Notes under the pieces: model-generated | Told to the model about the DNA's origin: nothing | Databases searched by the model: none | Seen by the model: the letters and a program-made list of their open reading frames with translations, nothing else | Part shown: positions 56,442 through 64,000 of the stretch, piece after piece | Layout: every line of letters starts with the position of its first letter | How positions within the stretch are numbered: position 1 is the first letter of the stretch | Program-made: the position numbers and the translations under genes | DNA from: an uncultured Pirellulaceae bacterium | Lineage (GTDB): Bacteria; Planctomycetota; Planctomycetia; Pirellulales; Pirellulaceae | Direction of reading: 5' to 3' | DNA length: 64,000 bases | Assembly (NCBI GenBank): GCA_964617665.1 | Contig: CAZUAH010000008.1 | Coordinates: forward strand, 1-64,000

Positions 56442-58760
56442 CTACTTTGATCGATGGTACTCAAACCAATACTCGTTCGCTTCGTTCGGGTGCCGTCCTC
56501 TTAACACCAACGTACTTCCATCGAGCCGTCCTCGCGACAGATCAATCCCTACGTCGAATCGGCGGACAGGTTTCCGAGTGGCCATATCCCACACAAAGAC
56601 AACACCCGGCCTGAGTCCCAAGGTCAACAATCGTTCGCCGTCTTCGGTGATTCCGACCACGTTGCCATACATGTCAGGCAACTCTTGCTCTACACGTTCG
56701 CCTGTGTTCGCGTTCCAGAACAACAGTCTCCCGGCGTTGTCCTTGCCATGGCCGTGTTTCAGCCGGCCCGACGTGACGATGGTATCCGTTCTGGGATTAA
56801 TCGCGATTCCCACTTGAGAAGCGCCATGCACGAGGTTGGCGGTCTCCTTTCGTTCTTCCAAATCGAAAATGCGAATGCCTTCGATCCGTCCGCCTTCGCC
56901 GTAGCCCTGATAGTTGATGGCAATCCGTTCGCCGGACAGGAAACCATACCGTCCGCCAAAGTGCCGCACTTCGACAGGCAGCACGAATTCGTTCGCTCCG
57001 GTTACCGGATCAAAACTCGCAACTGCTTTGCGACTCCAAACGACAGCGTGTTTGGTGTCAGGCGTTATGACGACACGCATTCCCGGTAGCTGGCCGCCCT
57101 TCCTTGCGGTGAATCGGCGAACGAGGGGATCGCGAGGTATCTGGCTGACGTCCAACTTCACGAGTTTCGTCCTTTTGGTCCTCAGCTGCAGGTGCAATAT
57201 CGCTTCCTGTCCGCCGATTGTCGCCGTTGCATACGTGGTGTTCAGTGCGATCGACGAAATCTCTCCCAGCGAGTCATAGTCCGCTTCCGAGAGTTCGATC
57301 GTGAGAACTCTGCCCGAGCTCACTTGCAGAATGTCGATTCTTCGCCCGGCGAATTGTGCCTCCCACGCGCCGTCAGAACTAATGGCCCGCTGGCGCACCG
57401 TTGGTTCCATCGGCACGAGGGCGACGGGCTTTGTCGCGGTCGTTGGATCCGTGAGTTTCAGGTGACCGGCTGTATCCCCGCTGAAAACGCGCTTGCCATC
57501 CGGCGCGGTCAAGAGTCTGGCAACTGGCGCGCTGTGCGGAGCCGACGTGCTGATCGGAACCGCTTCGCCGCGCCAAGCGTACAGGCGCCCCGTCATTCCT
57601 CCGGCGGCAACCGTCTCGCCGTCTCCCAGAAGCGCGGTGGACACCAACGCGTCGGTTGGCATCTTGTATCGGAACAACTCGCGCCCTTCCAGCCTGTCCC
57701 AAACGACGACTTCCCCAAACTGCTCCTTAGCATTGTTCCGGTTTCCCGCGCGGCTGCAGGCAATCATCGATTCGTCGGGACTGAGATCGTAACCGGTGAC
57801 AGTCAGGCCGGTGATGACTTGTCCCGGCCGGGACTCCTTACACTCGGGATAAGCAAAATGTCGGACGTGTCCGCGATTGTCAGCCGTAAGAATCTGACTT
57901 CCATCTTCAACGAACCGCATGAAGACTGTCTGGCAGAATGTCTTGTCGCCTCCGCCGGTGAACCGTATGGCTTCGGGCGCGCCACTGAAGGCTCGACAAG
58001 TGAAATTGATCGAATCAGTCTCCTGAATCAACCGCTTGCCGTCGGGCGATGTGATGAGTCCAGGCGGCAAGGGCAAATTGCCAAGGTAGCCATGCTCGCG
58101 TCGTGTACGGTACAATCGTGTAACCTCTTTTCCCGTGCCTATATCGACCACCATTATGCCGCTGCCACGTCCTGATCGAGTGGGCTTGACGGCAGCGTAG
58201 ACGTCCCCGTCGGGCCCTGAGAAAGTGGCAATCACCGCGCCCGCGTCATCGTTTCGGCGTACGATTTCGAGCGACTCGGCATCAATCACGACAAAGGTCC
58301 CCGACGTCGATCCGCAGTAGACGTACTTCCGGTCCGAGGACAGTCCAATGTGAGTGATCGGACCTGTTCCGAACCGCCACGCACCTACAATTCCCGCAGG
58401 GACCGGATCCAAGTTCGAGGACAACGCGATCAACGTCTCGGCAGGAGGCTGCCTGCGGAGTTGCGCTTGGAAGTCTTCCCAACCCGCCAGCCGAGTGCGA
58501 GCCTGCAACTGAAACCACAATTGTTGCTTGTCATGCTCCAAGTAAGGCCGGACATGAGTCAGCGCCGCAGCCAAATACTTGTTGGAATCGCCCAACCGCT
58601 CGACGACCGCCCGAACGCCGGTGCGTACCACGGCAGCTTCGAGTTCCGCAAAATCGAACGTGGCCGGCGGATCCGCGGCGGGCAGGTCCTTTGTGACAGC
58701 CAGTACACCTACGCAGACGAGCGTGATCGCCCAAATAGCTCTCATGGTTCTCAACTTCAT
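56442..58760 (-). CDS. Secreted WD40-like beta-propeller repeat protein
   Basis: 772 aa. Signal peptide MKLRTMRAIWAITLVCVGVLAVT. Repeated WD40/YVTN-like blades. Confidence 0.85.
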   Translation of the reverse strand: MKLRTMRAIWAITLVCVGVLAVTKDLPAADPPATFDFAELEAAVVRTGVRAVVERLGDSNKYLAAALTHVRPYLEHDKQQLWFQLQARTRLAGWEDFQAQLRRQPPAETLIALSSNLDPVPAGIVGAWRFGTGPITHIGLSSDRKYVYCGSTSGTFVVIDAESLEIVRRNDDAGAVIATFSGPDGDVYAAVKPTRSGRGSGIMVVDIGTGKEVTRLYRTRREHGYLGNLPLPPGLITSPDGKRLIQETDSINFTCRAFSGAPEAIRFTGGGDKTFCQTVFMRFVEDGSQILTADNRGHVRHFAYPECKESRPGQVITGLTVTGYDLSPDESMIACSRAGNRNNAKEQFGEVVVWDRLEGRELFRYKMPTDALVSTALLGDGETVAAGGMTGRLYAWRGEAVPISTSAPHSAPVARLLTAPDGKRVFSGDTAGHLKLTDPTTATKPVALVPMEPTVRQRAISSDGAWEAQFAGRRIDILQVSSGRVLTIELSEADYDSLGEISSIALNTTYATATIGGQEAILHLQLRTKRTKLVKLDVSQIPRDPLVRRFTARKGGQLPGMRVVITPDTKHAVVWSRKAVASFDPVTGANEFVLPVEVRHFGGRYGFLSGERIAINYQGYGEGGRIEGIRIFDLEERKETANLVHGASQVGIAINPRTDTIVTSGRLKHGHGKDNAGRLLFWNANTGERVEQELPDMYGNVVGITEDGERLLTLGLRPGVVFVWDMATRKPVRRFDVGIDLSRGRLDGSTLVLRGRHPNEANEYWFEYHRSK

Positions 58761-59186
58761 GCTAGTTCAGATAAGCCGTGAGATTAGCCCAAGAACAGGT
58801 GCCAATGTACACAATCGGGTCGGACATTGCACGGGAAATAGGACTCGACCATCATTGCCGAGCCAGACGCAGCCTGGCCAAGCTTCCTACCGCTACTTCG
58901 ACGCCGTCGGCCCAGCCATTCCGCGCAACGACGCCGCCTCTCCAATTTCGAACCGCGAGACGCTCAAGCAGTACGATCCCGACCTATTCTCGCTCGTAGA
59001 CGAGACGATGGGGCATTGGGGAAAAGTCGATTGGCAATATCAGCCATGAGGCACATCCACAGTACCCCGTACACTGCCGCCGCCGTGGCCCGTACGCTTT
59101 GTAACGCGATAAATGATGTGTTAGGGTGTTGTCTACAGAACGCAACCGAAACGCAAGACGACCGATTCACAACGAAGGAGAACACC

Positions 59187-60191
59187 ATGTCAAAACGCTT
59201 CGCAGCAACGATATCTGTCGCCATTTTCATGACATTCGCTGCCCTGCGGCCGGCTAGTGCTGCGGAGCCTGCCGAGCCGTTGCGTGCCGGAATTATCGGC
59301 TTGGACGCCCACGCTGGTTCGTGGACGCGAATTCTGAACAACCCGGACGCCGAAGGCGAGTTGGCCGAAATGACCGTCGTGGCTGGCTACCCTGCTGGCA
59401 GTTCGGATATCCCGCAGAGCATGGAACTCTTGAAGCGGGGCATCGAGACGTTCAAGAAGTTGGACGTGGAACTTGTGGACTCGATTGACGAGTTGTTAGA
59501 GAAAGTCGATGTGGTGATGATCCTTAGCATCGACGGCCGTCCCCACCTGGAGCAGGCCAAACCGGTCATCGAAGCCGGTAAGCCCTTGTTCATCGACAAA
59601 CCGATGGCCGCTTCAGTGTCTGACGCGATCAAGATCTATCAACTTGCCAAGGAACACAAAGTACCGTGTTTTTCCAGTTCGTGCCTGCGTTTCTCGCCCG
59701 GTACACAGGCGGTGTTGAACGACCCCAAAGTCGGCGACATCCGGGGATGCAATGCCCACAGCCCATGCGGCCTGGAGCCGCACCATCCGGATTTCTTCTG
59801 GTACGGGATTCACGGCGTTGAAACCCTGTTCACCATCATGGGGCCAGGATGCAAAACGGTCACGCGGATCCAGACCGAGGACACAGACGTGGCCGCGGGC
59901 GTCTGGGCCGACGGTCGCATCGGCACGTTCCGTGGCCACCGCACCGGTCCGCATACCTACGGTGCTACGGTCTTCGGCAGCAAAGGGATCGTGGAAGCGG
60001 GCAAGTATGAGGGCTACGAGTGTCTGTTGGTCGAGATCATCAAGTTCTTCAAGACCGGCGTACCGCCCGTCAGCGCGGAACAGACGCTGGAAATCCTCGC
60101 GTTCATGGAGGCCGCTGACGAGAGCAAACGAAAAGGCGGCTGTCCCGTGTCGCTCGAAAGCATCATGGCCACGGCGCGAGGCGACGACTGA
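59187..60191 (+). CDS. Secreted Gfo/Idh/MocA-family oxidoreductase
   Basis: Start MSKRFAATISVAIFMTFAALRPASA with GAAGGAG Shine-Dalgarno. LRAGIIGLDAHAGSW and PLFIDKPMA motifs. Confidence 0.85.
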   Translation: MSKRFAATISVAIFMTFAALRPASAAEPAEPLRAGIIGLDAHAGSWTRILNNPDAEGELAEMTVVAGYPAGSSDIPQSMELLKRGIETFKKLDVELVDSIDELLEKVDVVMILSIDGRPHLEQAKPVIEAGKPLFIDKPMAASVSDAIKIYQLAKEHKVPCFSSSCLRFSPGTQAVLNDPKVGDIRGCNAHSPCGLEPHHPDFFWYGIHGVETLFTIMGPGCKTVTRIQTEDTDVAAGVWADGRIGTFRGHRTGPHTYGATVFGSKGIVEAGKYEGYECLLVEIIKFFKTGVPPVSAEQTLEILAFMEAADESKRKGGCPVSLESIMATARGDD

Positions 60192-60290
60192 CCGACGGCT
60201 TCTAACCGATCCCGGACACCTGAAAACACGATTGCTGATGATCAGCCGGTACGGCGTGCTAGAGCAAAGACTGTACAGCGACGGCGGTGC

Positions 60291-61151
60291 TCACGGTTCA
60301 ATCTCTTGCACGGCCGGAATAGTCAGGGTGTGGTACAGGATTTCTTCCTCGCCGTTGCGATTTGCCTTGGCCAGCACTTTGCCAGTGGCATCGAAAACGA
60401 CGCAGCCGCCTTTGCACGCGTAGTCCCAACTCTTGCCCACTCGGTTCGTGACCAGCATCGGGGCTCCGATCTTGGCAGCGTAGGCTCCAAACACTGGGAA
60501 ATCCGGCAGGCCGGAACGATTGTTTGGATAGAAGACGACTTGGGGCTGCACGAGTCGAGCACGCTCGATGCATCGAGGCGCCGCGCCGTCGGCACAAATG
60601 AAGCAGGTGGCGGCGATTCCGTCGATCTCAAACCGCTCCGGGCCAGTTCCCGTATCGTACCTCGCCCACTCGTTGCGATACCCCTTGTCTTCGCCCCGCC
60701 AGAGCCAGCTCTTGCGATATTTATGCACAAGCCCCGCGGGCCCAACGAATACTTGGGTAATGAACACCTTGATCCCGTCGCGTTCGGACATGCCGAAGCT
60801 GATGAAGCAGCTTAACCCCTTGGCCAGCTTTCGCATTCGTTCGCAGGACGGCCCATACGGTACGGGCTCGGCCAGTTTGTCCAACTTGGGCGTATAGTCC
60901 GTCAGGCATCCCTCGTGAAACATCACCCATTGCGCACCGTTTTCAACGGCCTTCCGCGTCAGGCGCTCCATTTCGTTCAGGTTTTGCTCGGTCTTTTCGG
61001 GCACCGAGTCGAATTGTATCAGCGCCACTCGGACTGAACGCGGCCTGGAGTTGCCGGCAGATTCCGCAGCGTTCGTGGTCGCGATGCAAAGGACCAATCC
61101 AAACGAGACAGCCGCTGCCACGCCCCGACTCCGCATGCTGTTATGAGCCAT
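60291..61151 (-). CDS. Carbon-nitrogen hydrolase (nitrilase/amidase superfamily) protein, secreted
   Basis: Start MAHNSMRSRGVAAAVSFGLVLCIATTNA with GGAGGTG Shine-Dalgarno. VRVALIQFDSVPEKTEQNL (E of catalytic triad), KYRKSWLW (K), ATCFICADG (C). Confidence 0.85.
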   Translation of the reverse strand: MAHNSMRSRGVAAAVSFGLVLCIATTNAAESAGNSRPRSVRVALIQFDSVPEKTEQNLNEMERLTRKAVENGAQWVMFHEGCLTDYTPKLDKLAEPVPYGPSCERMRKLAKGLSCFISFGMSERDGIKVFITQVFVGPAGLVHKYRKSWLWRGEDKGYRNEWARYDTGTGPERFEIDGIAATCFICADGAAPRCIERARLVQPQVVFYPNNRSGLPDFPVFGAYAAKIGAPMLVTNRVGKSWDYACKGGCVVFDATGKVLAKANRNGEEEILYHTLTIPAVQEIEP

Positions 61152-61369
61152 CTTCACCTCCGTAATCTGAGTTTCCCGTTCGTATTCTCGCCGCCCGATG
61201 CAACCGCAACAAGGTATCACGTAGAGGTGCAAATATCGCTGGCTGCTTCACCCTGCCGGGAATAATAGCGTTTTGAATGGATCTATCAGTATGGGTTCGT
61301 ACAATTACAGGTGTGCAACCCGTAGCAGATAGATGCATTCCCGCTTCCTCAGATTAAGGAGACGAAAGC

Positions 61370-62539
61370 ATGTTCAATTCTCAGAACCCGTGGCGAATTG
61401 CGGTGTCCGTGCTGATGATCTTGGCTATGGTTTCGGCTACGTACGCGAAGGAGGCCGACGCGCCAAAACGGAAGCGTGGAAAGGCACCGACGGTTCAACT
61501 GGCGCTGCTGCTGGACACCAGTAACAGCATGGACGGGTTGATCGACCAGGCCAAGACACAACTGTGGAAGATCGTAGGCGAATTCGCCAAGACAGAACTG
61601 GCCGGCAAGAGCCCGCGGCTGGAAGTAGCCCTGTACGAATACGGCAACGACAACCTGCCCGCCACCGAGGGCTACATCCGGATGGTTGTGCCGATGACGA
61701 ATGACCTGGACAAGATTTCAGAAGCTCTATTTGCGTTGAAGACCAACGGCGGGGAAGAGTATTGCGGCAAGGTGATCCAAGTCGCCACGCGTCAACTGGA
61801 CTGGAGTGACGCGAACGGTGATCTCCGCTGCATCTTCGTTGCGGGCAACGAAGCGTTTACCCAAGGCGGCGTCGACTACCGGACCGCATGTAAAACGGCA
61901 GCCGACAAGGGAATCACCGTAAGCACGATTTTTTGTGGCGATCGGGAAAAGGGAGTACGCACCAACTGGGAACACGGTGCCCAAATCGCCGAAGGATCAT
62001 ACTTGTGCATCAACCAGGACCATCGGGCTGTTGCGATCACCACGCCTCAAGACAAAGAACTGGCTAGACTCAGCGGCGAGCTGAACGGAACATATCTGCC
62101 CTACGGAGACGGCGAGACTCGCAAGAAGTACGCCAATAGGCAGGAAATGCAGGATGTGAATGCTGCCAAGTCTGCCGTCAGCGCGGCAGCGGCCCGCGCC
62201 GGTTTCAAGGCATCAGGTCTCTACAAGAACTCCGGCTGGGACTTGGTCGACGCGATAGACGGCGGCGATGTCAAGCTTGAAGACCTCAAGCCGGAACAAC
62301 TGCCCAAAGTGATGCAGGCGATGAATCTGACTCAGCGCAAGGTTCACCTTGCCAAGATGACCCAGCGGCGCAAGGACATACAGGCTCAGATCCTGAAGCT
62401 GACGGCTGCCCGCGACACCTTCGTGGCCAAGGAGCAAGCGCGCCTGGCTGCCGAAGCACCCGCAGACGCTGCCGCTGCCGCAGAACCACTTGCTGAAGCC
62501 ATCCAGGAGGCGATCGAAGCCCAAGTAGGCGACAAGTAG
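61370..62539 (+). CDS. Secreted von Willebrand factor A (vWA) domain protein
   Basis: Signal peptide. MIDAS motif LALLLDTSNSM and downstream T/D residues. AAGGAG Shine-Dalgarno. Coiled-coil Ala-rich C-terminus. Confidence 0.85.
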   Translation: MFNSQNPWRIAVSVLMILAMVSATYAKEADAPKRKRGKAPTVQLALLLDTSNSMDGLIDQAKTQLWKIVGEFAKTELAGKSPRLEVALYEYGNDNLPATEGYIRMVVPMTNDLDKISEALFALKTNGGEEYCGKVIQVATRQLDWSDANGDLRCIFVAGNEAFTQGGVDYRTACKTAADKGITVSTIFCGDREKGVRTNWEHGAQIAEGSYLCINQDHRAVAITTPQDKELARLSGELNGTYLPYGDGETRKKYANRQEMQDVNAAKSAVSAAAARAGFKASGLYKNSGWDLVDAIDGGDVKLEDLKPEQLPKVMQAMNLTQRKVHLAKMTQRRKDIQAQILKLTAARDTFVAKEQARLAAEAPADAAAAAEPLAEAIQEAIEAQVGDK

Positions 62540-62575
62540 CGACGCTACGGCATCTCGCTCGACTTCCTTTCGTTA

Positions 62576-63991
62576 CTACGCCGGCGTGTCCTGGCTGGGG
62601 TCGAAGCGGCAGTAGGCGCGTACGAGCAACCACCACGTCGCCACGGCCGATAGGCACAGCATGAACCAGGCACCGGCGACAAAGACAAGTCTGGCGTCAC
62701 CCAATAGCGAATTTGATACGGTGAGCACGCCTGCTATTTGCACGGCTACCAGCGCCCAGCCGAGGCTGACGCCGAGGGCCAACCCGAACAACAGTCCTTT
62801 GGCCGTGAATGTCAACGTGGTGCGCAGGAAGATCTCGAGGCTCTCCTGGTTGGGACGATATGGATAGAGCAAATAGACCAGGTTGTCTAACGCGAAAATG
62901 AAGATATTCAACGGTGCCAGAAGAACGCACGCGGCAACCAGCAAACCCGGATGCACGGGACAGATCAACTCGGTGATCAGAAGTACGACTAGCTGATACG
63001 CGCTGGTGATCAAGACTGGAGTGGCAAGTTGACCTGTCACCACCGCGGTCGGCCGGATAGGCAGCGATTTGAGTGTCGCGATCCGGTCCACATCTCGTCG
63101 AAAGTCGAATTTCAGCGCTGCCGGTAACAGAAGAAAAGAATAGAACGCCAGCGAGCCGACGACGTTCAACAGGACCATGTGGGGATCGTCAAACACGATC
63201 AGCGGCAGGCACGCCAACACGCAGGGCGCGGCGATGGCCACCAGCAGGCCGCCTCCATGACCGTACGCTCCGATCGCTTGCAGCCAGGCAATCGGGCCGA
63301 TCCCCGCACACGGCGGTACGCGTGGCAGGCCGGTCGGGACCGCACTGGTGGCAGCGGCGGGACTGTGGGTCGATTCTGTATGCCGGTATTCCAATCGTTC
63401 GCGCAGGACAACGGCTTTGAAGAAATACGCGTCGATCCGTAACACGAACCAAGCCAACACAGAGACCATCGCCAAGGCCAACGCAATCCAGGCGACAAGA
63501 CCAACGGAGTATTGCTGCGCTGTGATGACGTTGCCGAATACGTGAAATGGCAGTTCCAGCATTGTGCCAATCGGAGTCTCGCGCAACTGTGCCGCGGAAT
63601 TCAGGACGTGCATCACCAGTCCCAATGACCTGGGTGACTTGCCAGCCTCGAGGGCCATGGGCGAGCGGAATGTGTTTGCCAGAGCACAGACGCACACGAC
63701 CGAGAGCGTGACCAACACGGCGATCTGCAAGCAACGATATGTCCGTCGTCTGACGCCGCCCGCGACAATCTCCACGGCCATCCGAAAGAGATCGACGAAC
63801 AGCAAAGCTAGTAGCGCGCCGATCAGTCCAGCCACGGGCAAACGCAAGTCTGGCAACATCAGCAGCGAGAAGCAGGCGGCCTTGATCGCGGCCGACGTGA
63901 TGATCGGACCGAATCGGTACAACAGCAAGTCGCGACGCTCAAACGGCCTCCCGCACAACAGTTCCCGTTCGGCTGGAGTCCACTCAATCAT
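62576..63991 (-). CDS. Polytopic membrane protein (about 10-12 TM), possible ABC-2-type exporter permease; hypothetical
   Basis: 471 aa with ATG at 63989-63991 preceded by GGAGGA. Hydrophobic segments throughout. Function not established. Confidence 0.75.
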   Translation of the reverse strand: MIEWTPAERELLCGRPFERRDLLLYRFGPIITSAAIKAACFSLLMLPDLRLPVAGLIGALLALLFVDLFRMAVEIVAGGVRRRTYRCLQIAVLVTLSVVCVCALANTFRSPMALEAGKSPRSLGLVMHVLNSAAQLRETPIGTMLELPFHVFGNVITAQQYSVGLVAWIALALAMVSVLAWFVLRIDAYFFKAVVLRERLEYRHTESTHSPAAATSAVPTGLPRVPPCAGIGPIAWLQAIGAYGHGGGLLVAIAAPCVLACLPLIVFDDPHMVLLNVVGSLAFYSFLLLPAALKFDFRRDVDRIATLKSLPIRPTAVVTGQLATPVLITSAYQLVVLLITELICPVHPGLLVAACVLLAPLNIFIFALDNLVYLLYPYRPNQESLEIFLRTTLTFTAKGLLFGLALGVSLGWALVAVQIAGVLTVSNSLLGDARLVFVAGAWFMLCLSAVATWWLLVRAYCRFDPSQDTPA

Positions 63992-64000
63992 ATCCTCCGG

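Noticed and set aside
56132-56464. Treating ORF 56132-56464 as an independent 110-aa gene
   Set aside because: Only its first ~60 codons (the signal anchor) look protein-like. After the G9 tract the frame encodes Arg/Ser-rich junk, while the alternative frame continues into the large propeller protein.
1-64000. Possibility that TGA is reassigned (alternative genetic code), given two in-frame TGAs in otherwise intact genes
   Set aside because: Many well-supported genes in the window terminate with TGA (e.g. GntR at 10154-10156, SPFH at 11299-11301, URO-D at 49041-49043) and protein lengths are normal, so TGA is a functional stop here.
1-64000. CRISPR array, IS element, integrase or recombinase associated with the 1.9-11.3 kb repeat-bounded block
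   Set aside because: No short regularly spaced repeats, and no ORF with DDE, tyrosine-recombinase or serine-recombinase motifs was found. The block is not a recognisable classical mobile element.

Overview
High-GC (~58%) chromosomal segment with a Planctomycetota-like gene repertoire: many secreted PQQ/WD40 beta-propeller proteins, multihaem cytochrome c proteins, DUF1080, sulfatase, FGE-like domains and Gfo/Idh/MocA oxidoreductases. No rRNA, tRNA, CRISPR array, transposase or integrase was recognised. Core genes include a citramalate/isopropylmalate-synthase-family gene (partial, at the window start), lgt, a GntR-SPFH operon, a TusA/DsrE/OsmC/MetE-like sulfur-relay operon, a URO-D-family methyltransferase, a SWIM-DNA-ligase-WGR protein and a nitrilase-family hydrolase. 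The most unusual region is 1.9-11.3 kb. A 245-bp direct repeat duplicates the 3-prime end of the SPFH gene. Nested inside it, diverged direct repeats of another gene's 3-prime end bracket a lower-GC, atypical-codon two-gene module: a PPP-type metallophosphatase fused to a FabD-like acyltransferase domain, divergently paired with a SorC-family regulator. Other leads: a redoxin gene with an in-frame TGA in a C-x-x-U context (candidate selenoprotein), a poly-G(9) tract that frameshifts a surface-protein gene, a MetE-like gene with an in-frame TGA, a sulfatase broken by an 11-nt insertion, and two long perfect inverted repeats in intergenic DNA.
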